Shown: positions 33,525 through 44,491, numbered from the stretch's first letter. The stretch: DNA of 56,899 nucleotides from a virus (IMGVR_UViG_3300046817_000760:1-56899), one strand, 5' to 3'. The notes: a model not told the origin generated them from the letters alone. Numbers and translations: made by a program.

Positions 33525-36392
33525 CTAGGCCATAGCCCTGTCCGCCTTGCCCGAGACATTCTCTCCCCCAGACAGATGCGCCGTGACCGACTTCACCTGT
33601 TGCGGAAGCTCAGGCTCCGGGGGTGGTTCGTTCGCGGACATGCCTTGCCAAAAACTCATGTAATCCCCTTGCATCGAGGGATGGAGAGGGAGCTTGAGGG
33701 CCCCAGCTACGGCCAGCTGCTGGTCATAATCGAGATTCTTGTCTGCAAGCCCCTGGACCGCTGTCTGTTGGAACTCCTCCCACAAACGGGGATATTGGGA
33801 TTCGAGCACTTCATAGTCCTCGGGCAGAGCTTGCCCGTCTCCGACTCGAGCTAGAGCTTCGCTTGGATCATTCATGGCTCCGATGTAACGTGATAGTTGT
33901 TCTTCAGTCTCAGGGTCAATCTGGCGCTTGGGAGGAGGGCCCCCGAATGGGGAGGGGGGAGGCTTGGGCCCCGCCTTTTCGAGGATGAACTCGTTCTGAG
34001 CGGTCATCTTGTCTCGGAGTGCTTTGACGACTTCAGGACCGGCCTCCACCTCCATCTCCTGCCACATGGAGGTGGTTTTCTGGGCTTCGTCTGAGGTTGG
34101 GTCCTGAAGCTTCTCTGCATGGTCGATGACCTTTTCCGGGTTAATGGCTTCCTTCAAATCCCTGCCCACCGTGATGGCGGGGATCGCTTTCGGACTCACC
34201 AGGCCACTGAGCTTCGCCGCCTTCTTGACTGCCTCCTGCACCTTGACCGCCCGCTTGGCATTGCGCGCCAAGGTCGTGGACATTAGAAAGTTGCCACGCT
34301 CGCGTAGGTACTTGTTGGCAAGTCCCCCAGCCGCACCCGTGATGAGGGCGCCGGGCGTAATGCCCTCGCCCCCGGACACTGCACCTCCCACAGCTCCGCC
34401 AATAGACGCAGCCGTCCCGCCGATCAATGTGTCGCTCAGGCTGAACGTGCGGTTGGCCTCCTTGCGCCTCATCGTCTCATTCAGCAAGTCACTACCGACC
34501 GCGACCTTGGCGTATCGGTCCTTCAAGACCTGAAGCTCGTGGATGGCCTCTGGGTTCCCAGACTTCTTTGCGGCTTCCTCGGCCGCGTCCATCCAGTGCC
34601 GGTCCAGCACGCCGCGCATCTTGCGATACAGCTCTGCTTTGACGTCGTCCTGCTGCCCAAACTTGTGGTACTTCGCGCGCTTCTGATCAATGTCGATGCG
34701 GTCTCTGTTCAACGCATCGAACGAGATCTCGTCAGGGTCAATCAGTAGCTCTCCCGGCTCCCAGACTTCGGTAGTGGGCTGGGGTTTGACTCCTGTGATG
34801 TTCAGACCCGCGCCCGACTTGGGTACGTCTCCAATGGGGAGGGGCTGCCCCATCGAATCAAGTGGAATGGGCACTCTCTCGTTGCCCATGAAGTTGCCCG
34901 TACCCGCGAATGCCTCCTGAGGTGCCGTGCCCCCTTTCGGTGCTCTGAAAGCCGACTGCCTGTGCGCCATATCCGCGGTGATCTCTTCAGGTGTCGCTTC
35001 ACGGAGCTTGCCATCGGCATACTTGGACCTCTTCGGCTGCTTGAGCAGGCCAAACGAGTCGTATTCCGGTACGTATCGATTGGCCTCCAGCTTCTGGAAG
35101 TAGGGCTTGTTCTCCGAAACAAACGCCTTGTACTCCTTTGCCGTGACGCCGTGCTCTCTGGCAGGGGCAAGGACCTCGCGCTCGATCTTGTCCATGAGGC
35201 CACTGGCGCTCGGCGCATCGCCCATGCCGCCAAACTTCGCGCGTGCCTTGCCTAGCTCCTGCCCGAGAAGAGTCCGCACCACGTCCGCACGTTGCGCCGT
35301 ACCCTCAAGAGTTAGATCGCTCCCCGTGATGATGCCTTCGTCCATCAGGGTGCGGCCAACCTCGTTACCGCCACCCTTGATCCGCATCTCCGCAAGGGCA
35401 ATATCACCCTTCTTGCCGCCCAGCCCTTTGAAGGCTTTCCCATTGGCTATGTCCAGAACCTCACGACCCTCAGGAATGGCTTTTCGCGCAAGGCCAATCG
35501 CGCCCATGACAGGGGCACCGTACTTGACACCCGTGATCATCTCATCACGCATGCCCCCAAGCATCTTCTCCCCGATGCTGTCCCAGTCCTTGGTCTCGTA
35601 AGCCTTGTCCAGTGCGTCCGCTGCACCGAACGGAGCTGAACCAAGGGCTGCTTCTGTGGTGATCTCCGCGGTCTTGCCCAGGGCCTTAGAAAACAGTCCC
35701 TGCCGAATGGGCGCGACTTCCGCAGCACCTTTCAGTTTGGCTAGGGCCTTGGCCGTGTACCCCGCAACATTCGCCCCAACCTTCTCCCCAGCCCACTCGG
35801 CACCCTTACCAATCAAGCCTACGGGAGTCTTGGGCAGGAAGGCCGTGCCCACCGTGCCCGTGATCTCGCCAGCGGCATGAAGACCACGAGCTTTCTCCTC
35901 GGCCTCTTTTCTGATTGCACTCGTGGCTTCCAGGGACTGGTCAAAGTCTGACGCTAGTTCACCACTATCTAGCCCTGGCTTGGTTGCACCACGAGGGATT
36001 GGGACGTAGTTGGGGTCCGTAAGTCGCTGGGCCGAGTCGATCGGAAGAGCAGACTCGAGGCCCCTCTCCACTGCTGCCGTAGCGTAATCAAGGGGAGCTC
36101 TCGTGTTGAGCGTGACACCTTGCGCGATGCCACCAAAGCCCGACGTGATGTCTTCGCCGATCGTCGACTCTTGCCTGATTCCGTGCTCCGGTAGGGTCTT
36201 ACCCTTGAGCTTGAGCCTCGGGTCGTCCGCAGCTACGGAGTTGAAGACAGGTGGGGCCTCGGCGGGCTCTGCAACCTGTCCCCCGAACTCAGCGAACGGG
36301 TCATCAGCTTTCCCGCCGAACTCGGCAAACGCATCCGCCTGTCCACCGAACTCGGCAAAGGGGTCCGTGGCCTTCGGGTCCTTGTCTGCCAC
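33525..36392 (-). CDS. Large internal virion (DNA ejection) protein
   Basis: 955 aa, Ala/Gly-rich, N-terminal D(P/A)FAEFGG x3; position after the other ejection-type genes. Confidence 0.7.
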   Translation of the reverse strand: MADKDPKATDPFAEFGGQADAFAEFGGKADDPFAEFGGQVAEPAEAPPVFNSVAADDPRLKLKGKTLPEHGIRQESTIGEDITSGFGGIAQGVTLNTRAPLDYATAAVERGLESALPIDSAQRLTDPNYVPIPRGATKPGLDSGELASDFDQSLEATSAIRKEAEEKARGLHAAGEITGTVGTAFLPKTPVGLIGKGAEWAGEKVGANVAGYTAKALAKLKGAAEVAPIRQGLFSKALGKTAEITTEAALGSAPFGAADALDKAYETKDWDSIGEKMLGGMRDEMITGVKYGAPVMGAIGLARKAIPEGREVLDIANGKAFKGLGGKKGDIALAEMRIKGGGNEVGRTLMDEGIITGSDLTLEGTAQRADVVRTLLGQELGKARAKFGGMGDAPSASGLMDKIEREVLAPAREHGVTAKEYKAFVSENKPYFQKLEANRYVPEYDSFGLLKQPKRSKYADGKLREATPEEITADMAHRQSAFRAPKGGTAPQEAFAGTGNFMGNERVPIPLDSMGQPLPIGDVPKSGAGLNITGVKPQPTTEVWEPGELLIDPDEISFDALNRDRIDIDQKRAKYHKFGQQDDVKAELYRKMRGVLDRHWMDAAEEAAKKSGNPEAIHELQVLKDRYAKVAVGSDLLNETMRRKEANRTFSLSDTLIGGTAASIGGAVGGAVSGGEGITPGALITGAAGGLANKYLRERGNFLMSTTLARNAKRAVKVQEAVKKAAKLSGLVSPKAIPAITVGRDLKEAINPEKVIDHAEKLQDPTSDEAQKTTSMWQEMEVEAGPEVVKALRDKMTAQNEFILEKAGPKPPPSPFGGPPPKRQIDPETEEQLSRYIGAMNDPSEALARVGDGQALPEDYEVLESQYPRLWEEFQQTAVQGLADKNLDYDQQLAVAGALKLPLHPSMQGDYMSFWQGMSANEPPPEPELPQQVKSVTAHLSGGENVSGKADRAMA

Positions 36393-38993
36393 TTAGAGCC
36401 TCTTCGCGTCAGGGTACTTCTTCTGGAAAGCATCGGCCTGAGCGGCAGGCACGCTGCCTTTGTTTCCGTTGAGCATGAACTCGACCATGTCTGTCGCAGG
36501 CTTGCCCTCACCCTTGGGCGCCGGCTTCTCCGGGGGCTTGGTCCCCGCTTCATACCGAGGAGGGGCCTTTTCCGGCGCCTTAGGCTGCTTTGCGTCCCAT
36601 TCAGCCCACTTCGCATCTGCCTCCTCGGAGGGTGCATTGCCCATGCCTCGGAGCTTCGCGTCTGCCTGCGACTGGTAGAAAGTCGCCGCATCGTCATAAG
36701 CCCGCGACGGGTCTTCGCCCTTGGCCCAGTTCTCCGAAGCTTTGGCCCAACCAGCCTTATCAAGGGGCAACGTGGGCGCGTCATTGCCTGTACGTTCCGC
36801 GTCCGACTTCGTGATGGTGCCCTGACCCGTACCCACAGAAAGGGAAGACAGGTAGTCGTTACGCCGCGCGTTGTAGGACACACGGGCCTTTGCACGCTCT
36901 TCTTCGGGGGTATTCGGGTCCATCACGATATTCCAAAGACGCTGCGCCTCCTTCGCCGCGTACACCAAGGCAATGGAGTTCTTCTGAATATCGTCAATCT
37001 GCCGGATATCTGCCTGTTCCAGCTTCCTCTGGTTGGGCAAGCGCTTCCAGCCTGCTGCGATCTCGCGGCGCTCGTCTGCCGCAGCCGTAGCCGCCTTCTC
37101 CTCGGCCGTCTCCTGCTTGTTCTCAGCATTGCCCCTTGTCAGCAGTTGCGCAGCACGCCGCGTAGCAATCGCGTCTTCCGCAGCAGTCAGGGGCAGCCCT
37201 GCGTTCTGCCTAGCAAGCAGCTCATCCGCAACATACGTCTTATTATCTTTGGCCGAACCACGAGCCCCAGACATCCGGGCACGGTCCACACCTGCCAAGA
37301 GCTTGGCCTCCTCCAGTTTCGAATCCTGATCGTTCTTCTCTTTGAGCACCACACCGGCCGCCCGAACGTTGTCGTTCTTGGACATCGCCGCTTGCGCTGC
37401 CAACTCTGCCGTGTACTTCTGGCTGTTCAGAAGGTTGGTGAACTTGTCCGCCTCAGGGGTCTGGCCGAAGATGTTCACTGCCATCGCGTACTGATCACCC
37501 GCGCGCTTGGCTGCTTCCTTGTCGTTGTTGTACCTCTCCCTTTGCTGGGCCAAGTCCTGCTCCACGATCTTGTCTAGCCCCGCCTGGGCACGTGCAAGAT
37601 GCTGCGGGTTCATGTCCCCGCCACGTATGGCGAGGGCATCGCCGAACATCCCGCCCGCCAAGGCGAGCAGACCAGCAATCTTGGAACGTGTCGTCTCCTT
37701 GTGCTCGATATGGGACGACTGGTCTGATCGAAGGTTAGCGTCTTCCATCGCGGCCTTGGTACGCCGGATATCTGTCATCTGCTCGTCAATGGCCGCATTG
37801 TGCCGTTTGAGCCGCTCATCTATGTCGTTGGCTTGTTTCTGGGTCAGATCCGCTTCTGCCTTTTCTCCTTGGGCTTGGATAAGGGCTGCTCTCTTCTCGG
37901 CCACACCTCGCTCCTCCGCCTCCTCGATATAGTCCTTGAGAGCACCTGGGAGCTTCTTGGCCGCGGGGCGGAATGGCGTGATGGCTTCAGGGGGGATGGC
38001 AGTTTCGGCAGCTGCCCGTACCTGAGGATTCTTCCCCATGTACTCCACAGCCTCGTGCTCGTTCTTCACGCCCACGTCATTCGGGTCCTTGCCCGTGGCC
38101 CGCATGAAATACTCCATCCACGCCGTGGGATGGTCAGGGGCCTTGAGCATCTGGCCGTTATCGAGTGAGCTACTCCAGTGGTACTTACCATCGTGCTTGT
38201 AGACGGCAGGCACAACGCCCCCCTTCCACGCACCACGGTAATCGTAATCGTTTTCTGGATCGTCGAAGTCAGGGGCGTGCCCCCAGTCCTTCTTGGCTGC
38301 CTCGTACCAATCCTTGTACCCAGGCTTGGTGACCATATCCTTCTGAAACTGAGCCTCTTCCTCGGGCGTGAGCTTGGTCTGCGACCAATCTCCTCGTGAT
38401 GGAGGAGAGGACTGAACTTGTTCCGGCTGCTCGGTCGCAGCCAAGGCAGACGGGGGTACCGCGGCCACGGCCATGGCCGTGGGGTCAGGATTGGTTGACT
38501 GCTGCGCCAGCTCCGCGCCCTTGGCCCAGTTTTGCGCAGCGGCCATCTTCTCGTCCTGGGAACGGGCGTCCACACCGTTTCGTTGGGCGTACTGCGCAGA
38601 CTCCTCTTGCGCGGCCACGTCCGTAGCCTGCGGGTGCAACATCTGTGCGTCCGAAACTAGCCCTGGCGTGAGCCCCTGCGCAGGGGGCGCTCCATACCCA
38701 GTCAAAGCCGCGTTCCCGAGAGCCCTTTGGTCCTCAAGAGAAAGACCTGGAGTCTTAGCTCCCACCCCTTGCAGGGCTGCGTTTGCAATGGCCTGCTGGT
38801 CCTCGGGAGGGAGGCCAGGGGATTGCCCGTACCCTTGCAGTGCTTGATTGGCGAGTGGAGCCAGGGAAGGCGGGGGCGGAGCCGCGTAACTCTGCAGTGC
38901 ATGGTCCGCAATGGCCGGGTCCCAGGCAGGGGGTTGGCTCGTGTAGTTCTGGGCGGCCTGAGCACCGAGTAGGCGCTGCTCCTCTGGAGTCAT
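36393..38993 (-). CDS. Internal virion (ejection) protein with an embedded globular domain
   Basis: 866 aa, Q/A-rich coiled coils; late-promoter variant at 39021-39029. Confidence 0.7.
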   Translation of the reverse strand: MTPEEQRLLGAQAAQNYTSQPPAWDPAIADHALQSYAAPPPPSLAPLANQALQGYGQSPGLPPEDQQAIANAALQGVGAKTPGLSLEDQRALGNAALTGYGAPPAQGLTPGLVSDAQMLHPQATDVAAQEESAQYAQRNGVDARSQDEKMAAAQNWAKGAELAQQSTNPDPTAMAVAAVPPSALAATEQPEQVQSSPPSRGDWSQTKLTPEEEAQFQKDMVTKPGYKDWYEAAKKDWGHAPDFDDPENDYDYRGAWKGGVVPAVYKHDGKYHWSSSLDNGQMLKAPDHPTAWMEYFMRATGKDPNDVGVKNEHEAVEYMGKNPQVRAAAETAIPPEAITPFRPAAKKLPGALKDYIEEAEERGVAEKRAALIQAQGEKAEADLTQKQANDIDERLKRHNAAIDEQMTDIRRTKAAMEDANLRSDQSSHIEHKETTRSKIAGLLALAGGMFGDALAIRGGDMNPQHLARAQAGLDKIVEQDLAQQRERYNNDKEAAKRAGDQYAMAVNIFGQTPEADKFTNLLNSQKYTAELAAQAAMSKNDNVRAAGVVLKEKNDQDSKLEEAKLLAGVDRARMSGARGSAKDNKTYVADELLARQNAGLPLTAAEDAIATRRAAQLLTRGNAENKQETAEEKAATAAADERREIAAGWKRLPNQRKLEQADIRQIDDIQKNSIALVYAAKEAQRLWNIVMDPNTPEEERAKARVSYNARRNDYLSSLSVGTGQGTITKSDAERTGNDAPTLPLDKAGWAKASENWAKGEDPSRAYDDAATFYQSQADAKLRGMGNAPSEEADAKWAEWDAKQPKAPEKAPPRYEAGTKPPEKPAPKGEGKPATDMVEFMLNGNKGSVPAAQADAFQKKYPDAKRL

Positions 38994-39030
38994 GCGCCAA
39001 CTCTGCCTGATGCCTCATCACGAATGCCCC

Positions 39031-39897
39031 TTAGGCTACCGCCTTGCCGATCATGTTCATCCCGCCACCAATCAAGTTGCCTCCCAACTGGAACCACCGA
39101 TCACTCTTGCGCTGCTTGTCGCCCTGTCTCGCCTGCTCGTAGGCGAGGTTCAAGGCCGTCTGCTGGTCATTGAGGTTCTGATTCTGGCCAAGGTACTGCT
39201 GCTGCCCCTCAAGCCCCGCCTGCGTCTGCATGTTCGCTGACTGGATCGCTTGATTCCCCGCTATGCCCGCGATCTGTCCACCCACGCCCAAGAGCTGGGC
39301 CTTCTGGGCTGCAGCCTGTTGGTCCGACTGGAACTGCTGCATCTGATTCGTGTTCGCCTGGGCAACCTGGGCCTGCGTGTACGCCTGCTCCTCTTGAGCT
39401 CGCTGCACTGCCAACCCCTGAGCCGTCTGTGCACCCGTGGTGGCATTTGCATTCAAGGCATTTCGAAGGCCAAGTGCTCCTCCAGAGCGAGCAGCCCCGA
39501 AAGCAGCTGCCGTGTTGGCGTCTAGGGCCTGCTTCGCCTGGGCCGCAGCCACCTCTCCCGGATGGTACTGGTTGAGAATGGTTGCGCCTTGGTTGGTGAC
39601 AGCGACGGGCCGAACCTCCCCGGCACTCTGCATGGCCCGGACACCCATGCCTCCGAGCTTGAGTGCATCGTGCTGCCTCTTCTGCAGGTCCGAATAGCCT
39701 TGCGTGGCCTGGGCATTACCTTGCTGGACACCACCAAGGTACGTCTCCTCCAGCGCGTCTTTCTTGTCCTGTGACCCGCCATAAATGGTCGCTTTGGGCG
39801 CGGTCTTCATCCTGTTGGCTTTGATCGCAGCACCGACACCGCCACCCACGGCAGCCGCACCTAGAGCACCCGCTGCAATCGCTGCTGTAATCGCCAT
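39031..39897 (-). CDS. Pilot / small ejection protein
   Basis: N-terminal Ala/Gly hydrophobic helix, Q/A/N-rich body, Gly-rich C-terminus. Confidence 0.65.
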   Translation of the reverse strand: MAITAAIAAGALGAAAVGGGVGAAIKANRMKTAPKATIYGGSQDKKDALEETYLGGVQQGNAQATQGYSDLQKRQHDALKLGGMGVRAMQSAGEVRPVAVTNQGATILNQYHPGEVAAAQAKQALDANTAAAFGAARSGGALGLRNALNANATTGAQTAQGLAVQRAQEEQAYTQAQVAQANTNQMQQFQSDQQAAAQKAQLLGVGGQIAGIAGNQAIQSANMQTQAGLEGQQQYLGQNQNLNDQQTALNLAYEQARQGDKQRKSDRWFQLGGNLIGGGMNMIGKAVA

Positions 39898-39906
39898 GCC
39901 CTTCTC

Positions 39907-40380
39907 CTACTCCTCTTTCTCGTCAGATTGCACCGGGTCCCTGTACACCCAGGTCTTGCCATCTCCTCGGTCTGGGAGAACCTCAAACCCGTTCTGCAAA
40001 CACCCCTTGAGAGAGACGTGGTTGCCAGGGCTGATACCCCCCGTGAGCGTGAACCCGTGCTTGTCGAGGAAGGTGAATCGTGATGCTTGCAGTTCCTTGG
40101 CAATGCCCTGGCCGCGGTACGCCCGCTCTATGCCGATGTGCCCGAACACGACGTCTTCCTGGCCAAGGTCGTAAACGGACGCATGCCCAATGATGCGGCA
40201 GTTTCTTGTCACGACCCAAACGCGCGACCAGCCAGGTTCCCGAAGGCTCTTGCCCAAGTTCTCCTCTGAGCAGATGCGCGCGAACTCGCCCTCGGGCGCG
40301 TCCGCAAACCCCTCCTCCTTGGCCTCGAGTTCATGGCGAACAAAGTGCTCGTAGAGCTGGGTCAGGTAGGCCGGGGTCAC
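39907..40380 (-). CDS. GNAT-fold acetyltransferase-like protein in the virion module
   Basis: IERAYRGQGIA acetyl-CoA motif, N..S....LQNGF. Confidence 0.8.
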   Translation of the reverse strand: MTPAYLTQLYEHFVRHELEAKEEGFADAPEGEFARICSEENLGKSLREPGWSRVWVVTRNCRIIGHASVYDLGQEDVVFGHIGIERAYRGQGIAKELQASRFTFLDKHGFTLTGGISPGNHVSLKGCLQNGFEVLPDRGDGKTWVYRDPVQSDEKEE

Positions 40381-43300
40381 TTGATCGCCCCTTCTCGAAG
40401 GGTCCTGCGCCGTATCCCGGGCGAAGCCCCATAGGTCACAACCAGGGACAGGGGCTGACCCCCTTCATCAGGGCCCTCGGGCGTGAACTCGACCAGGACA
40501 CGGATAGCGCGTGCCGGCATGGCCTCGCAGTTCATCCCGATCGTGTACCTCCCATCTTGCAGCAAAGGTACGAGCTCGAGATCCGTCCAGGTCTGTTCCC
40601 GGAAAAAGGTCGTGTCGTAATCGAACGTGGCCCGGACCCTGACCGAGTGCGGGTTATTGTAGATCACGTGCACCCAAAACTCTCGGATGCGGCAGTCTCC
40701 GTGGGGACCCTCAGGTGCCACCCATCCTCGCTCGACCAACAGGGGACGGGCGGGGTCCACGTCCACCGTGTCCGAGTCCATGATAAGCAAAGACCCGTCC
40801 GACGCGTAATAGTAGGTCCTGGACCGTTCCTCCGTTTGGAGCATCGTGGTGGAGGGGAGAACGCGCGTGGCCGTGGGCCACTTGGTCCACCCGTTCGCGA
40901 GCCAGTTGTAGACGATTGACCCTGTCCCATCGGAGAGGGGATAGACCACTTCATTTTGGAGCAGGTGCACGGTCGGAGGCCCGACCTCGTAGACCCCGAA
41001 CGTCTCAAACCTCTGCACGGACCCGGTCATCAGAGCCATGTGCCCATCGTTGCACTGAAACAGCACCCCGACGTTCGGTACCTGGGCCACGCTCAACCGC
41101 GACCTGCACCCGATGTTGGAGACGAGCTGCGGGTCCGTGAAACTCCCGCCCATGCCGGCATTATCGGGGCCGTACCCATCGATGCGCCAGATTCCTCGTT
41201 CCGCCAGCACGAACGGGTTCCCGCCCACGTCGACCACGGCAACGAGACGCCCATATTGCTGATCGAATCCGATGATCTCGAGGTTCGAGTTGAACTCAAA
41301 CGCAATGCCTTGCTGCTTGAGCAGGGACGGCAGGAGCCTGTACCTGTTCTCTGCATCGATGAGCCACAGCCTCCCCGCGATAGAGCGGACGTCCTGGGCA
41401 GGTGGAGGGCACTCCGGGAGCAAGGGTTCGTTGCTCCCTCCGAGGGAGTACAGCTGGACCGTCCCAATCTTGGTGTCCAGGATGTACTCAAAACGCCAGC
41501 AGCCTACGATACCCTTGGTCGGGGGGAGGCTGAGGATCGCGTAGAAGATGACCCCACCCGGCATGGTCGCGTAAAGTGAGAGCTCGAACTCTGGCTGTCT
41601 GACACCACTACGCATCGTGAGAGGGATCGAGACGTCGATACGAGGACTGCTCCCTGCAAGTACCACGGTCACGGGGAGTGCCGGAGCAGACCTTCGAACG
41701 TTGTCCGCTGCGTCTCGCCACGAAACAACAGCTGTGTAGAGGTACGTGCCCGTCAAGGAAGGACCCGAACCTCCCAGGCCATTCACGGCAATCTTGGGCC
41801 TCGTGAAAGGCCCGTACTCCGTGGTTTCCTTCCCATCCCAAACAGCGACCAGACCCGAGGCATTGACCCCCACGGGCCCTACGTCCGCGGCCACACCGGG
41901 CTGCCCCGAGGACGCCAAATCAAACACGCAGTACCGGACAGGCTTCAGCTCGTTCGCACTGATGGGCTGGTCCCAACGCTCCGCAAGGTAAACAAGACCG
42001 AACCGCCCATCCGCGCTGAGAGCGCTCGGGGACGAGTTGCCGTTGGCTCCTGCCTGCAAGACACGATCAACTCCACACCTCATAACGGGCGTGTACACCT
42101 GGACGGCTCCCGTGCTGTCCGGGGCATACGGGGTCACCACCACGATTTGCGGCGTGTCCATGAAGTTGGTAGGTACCCCTCCAGGGAGAGTGGGCACCAC
42201 GTTGTTCGTCCCCCACCGAGGATTGAGGGGGAAGTACGGGTAAATCTCTTGGTTAGAGATCCTATGGGCCACGCCATTGGACTGCAGCGTGTACCACGGC
42301 ACGGAGACCGTCCCGATAAGTGTGCCTGCTGCACGCGAGCGCTCCTCAAACACGGTCTGCGTCAGGTCTGTCCCGACACCCACGGCACCTGTCGTGGAGA
42401 GCGCGAAAATGACTGAATCTCTTCCTGACTGCACGTAGGGCTGGCCACTCACGGGGCCGTAGCCGACCGTGGAAGCGCTCGACCAAAACACAGTGAGGGA
42501 AGTCGGGTTGTGCAGCCCGCGATAGCAGACGCCTGTGAAGTCCGACGTGGCCACAGCCAGCCGTGCCCCGCTTGGCCCCGAATAGTAAGTGACACAAAAG
42601 TACGGAGGGGAGGCCGTGTTCGAGACCGCGTTGATAAGAGTCGTTATCGTCACCATGCTGAAGGTAGTCAGGTCAAACCGCTGCAAGACCACGTCTGTAA
42701 AGCCAGCGATGGCCCTGGCAATGAGCCATGCAGAGTTCACTCCATCACTCACCACGTCTGCCTGAATAACGGGGGAAGCTCCTACGGGCGTGTGCATCAC
42801 GTGCTCTGTGCCCGCGAAGAGTGCACCTGCAGAGAAGGTGACCTTTCGACAAGAGATCGCGCCCGCAGTGCCCGAGTACCAGACAATCATGCCGCCCGTG
42901 CACGGCGTGATGCCGAGCCAACTGACTCCAACATTCTGCGTGTGCACCATGGTCGGAGTGATCAGGTCCTTCTCCTCGTGGATGATCGAGACAAAGACCT
43001 TCCCTTGGCCCACAGCACTCTTGGACGTCACAAACCACTGCCTGCCCTCAGGGTCAAAAGCAGTGGCGGGCGTGAAGCTCGCATCGGTTGCACTTACTTG
43101 TCCAGCTTCGATGAGAGGGTACGGGTAGTAAGCGTTTTGCCCGTAAACACCGAGCAGAGTCGAGTACACCGTGTTGACGGTCTTGTCGATGATGCGGCGT
43201 GGCTGCGGGTGCGGCTTGAGATAAGCAATGACGCTCTCTCGCATCCCCGTGACCATGCCTCCGCAAGTCGGGGCATTCGGGACAGTGCCGATGACCTCTT

Positions 43301-43451
43301 CCTTGGGACGGCGTGATACGGTGCCCTTGAGCTTGCTCAGGCGAGTGTTCTCAGATCGAATCACGACGCCCTCGGCAACCTCCTCGGCCACGCCCTCGGT
43401 CAAACCGTCCGTGAAAGAAACAACTAGTTGCTGGCCGTCTTTCTCAGCCAT
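40377..43451 (-). CDS. Tail nozzle / tubular protein B-like
   Basis: 1024 aa, beta-rich, follows the adaptor; podovirus gene order. Confidence 0.65.
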   Translation of the reverse strand: MAEKDGQQLVVSFTDGLTEGVAEEVAEGVVIRSENTRLSKLKGTVSRRPKEEVIGTVPNAPTCGGMVTGMRESVIAYLKPHPQPRRIIDKTVNTVYSTLLGVYGQNAYYPYPLIEAGQVSATDASFTPATAFDPEGRQWFVTSKSAVGQGKVFVSIIHEEKDLITPTMVHTQNVGVSWLGITPCTGGMIVWYSGTAGAISCRKVTFSAGALFAGTEHVMHTPVGASPVIQADVVSDGVNSAWLIARAIAGFTDVVLQRFDLTTFSMVTITTLINAVSNTASPPYFCVTYYSGPSGARLAVATSDFTGVCYRGLHNPTSLTVFWSSASTVGYGPVSGQPYVQSGRDSVIFALSTTGAVGVGTDLTQTVFEERSRAAGTLIGTVSVPWYTLQSNGVAHRISNQEIYPYFPLNPRWGTNNVVPTLPGGVPTNFMDTPQIVVVTPYAPDSTGAVQVYTPVMRCGVDRVLQAGANGNSSPSALSADGRFGLVYLAERWDQPISANELKPVRYCVFDLASSGQPGVAADVGPVGVNASGLVAVWDGKETTEYGPFTRPKIAVNGLGGSGPSLTGTYLYTAVVSWRDAADNVRRSAPALPVTVVLAGSSPRIDVSIPLTMRSGVRQPEFELSLYATMPGGVIFYAILSLPPTKGIVGCWRFEYILDTKIGTVQLYSLGGSNEPLLPECPPPAQDVRSIAGRLWLIDAENRYRLLPSLLKQQGIAFEFNSNLEIIGFDQQYGRLVAVVDVGGNPFVLAERGIWRIDGYGPDNAGMGGSFTDPQLVSNIGCRSRLSVAQVPNVGVLFQCNDGHMALMTGSVQRFETFGVYEVGPPTVHLLQNEVVYPLSDGTGSIVYNWLANGWTKWPTATRVLPSTTMLQTEERSRTYYYASDGSLLIMDSDTVDVDPARPLLVERGWVAPEGPHGDCRIREFWVHVIYNNPHSVRVRATFDYDTTFFREQTWTDLELVPLLQDGRYTIGMNCEAMPARAIRVLVEFTPEGPDEGGQPLSLVVTYGASPGIRRRTLREGAIK

Positions 43452-43790
43452 CTAATAGATCCAAGCTCGTACGTAGATGTCCGTGGGGACAGGCGTAGCC
43501 CCGGCCACCACCACGTACTGCGTGATGTCGAGGCCCATCGCCTTTTCTGCTTGTTCAGGGAACAGAACAACCAAGGGCGTGGGGATGGGGATGTCCTGGC
43601 CTACGAGAATCCCCGCGAGATAGCCACGCCCCAGCGAATGCCGAATGACCACGCGAGACTTCCCAGACAAGATCACGCCCTCCACGTGCTGCCCATACAA
43701 AAGGGGAAGGCGTGAAAGCTGCTCCACGTAATCACGAACAGTCTGCAGACTGTCTTCAGGCTTGGCCTTTCTCTTTCCTAGCTGCTGCAT
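43452..43790 (-). CDS. Small tail-associated protein
   Basis: Coupled between adaptor and nozzle; IRHSLGR motif. Confidence 0.55.
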   Translation of the reverse strand: MQQLGKRKAKPEDSLQTVRDYVEQLSRLPLLYGQHVEGVILSGKSRVVIRHSLGRGYLAGILVGQDIPIPTPLVVLFPEQAEKAMGLDITQYVVVAGATPVPTDIYVRAWIY

Positions 43791-44491
43791 CAGAAGCCCC
43801 TACGGCCGAAGAACGCATCGAGCTCGTTGCGCACGTCTCGAATCTGGTAGACGGCCAGTCGATCACGCTGTTGGGCCTGGTCCCTGAGGTTGGCTTCAAT
43901 CTCCCCCTTTGCCATGAGAAAGTTAGTGGCGTCCTTGTCCTCTCTGGACCGAACCACAATGCACGCATCGAGCGCGAGCCAATCGGCCCAGCTCGTGTCT
44001 TGTGCACTGATGGTGTCCGTGAGTGACGTGATGGCGAGCCCTGCCTGGTAGGCACATCGAAGCGTGTAAACGGCTGCAGGGGGTGGGGTCAGTCGAATCA
44101 CGTTGCCTTCGAGCACGTACTCGGACTTGCGCGACTCCCAGAGCCTGGGGGAGCCCGCCCAGTTCTCAGGCCGCGGGGAGTAGTCAACGTCATGCGCGCG
44201 GTCTAGCAAGACAGCGTTCTCTCCGTGCACCCAGTGGAGACTGGTCAGGGTTCGGAAACCCGAGGGCAGAGACACGAGGTCTACGTTCGCCTGGGTAGTG
44301 AGCGTCGCAGTGCGTGCCCAATAGCCGTCAGAGAAGGAGCGAGTGAGGAGCTCGCCCAGACGGGCCACGCTCCTCTTCATCAGCTGCAGCATCTGGTCAG
44401 ACGTGATGAACGTCGTGGTCCCTATGGTTGGGACATGCAGGCGAAACTGCACGTCCTCAACCACGTCAGCGATGTTGATCGTCACGGCCAT
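43790..44491 (-). CDS. Head-tail adaptor / tail tubular protein A-like
   Basis: Size and position; SLPSGF, IRLTPPP pattern; late motif at 44519-44527. Confidence 0.7.
   Translation of the reverse strand: MAVTINIADVVEDVQFRLHVPTIGTTTFITSDQMLQLMKRSVARLGELLTRSFSDGYWARTATLTTQANVDLVSLPSGFRTLTSLHWVHGENAVLLDRAHDVDYSPRPENWAGSPRLWESRKSEYVLEGNVIRLTPPPAAVYTLRCAYQAGLAITSLTDTISAQDTSWADWLALDACIVVRSREDKDATNFLMAKGEIEANLRDQAQQRDRLAVYQIRDVRNELDAFFGRRGF

Noticed and set aside
39907-40380. GNAT in the virion module as a novelty
   Set aside because: An acetyltransferase-like gene between tail and ejection genes is a known podovirus arrangement.
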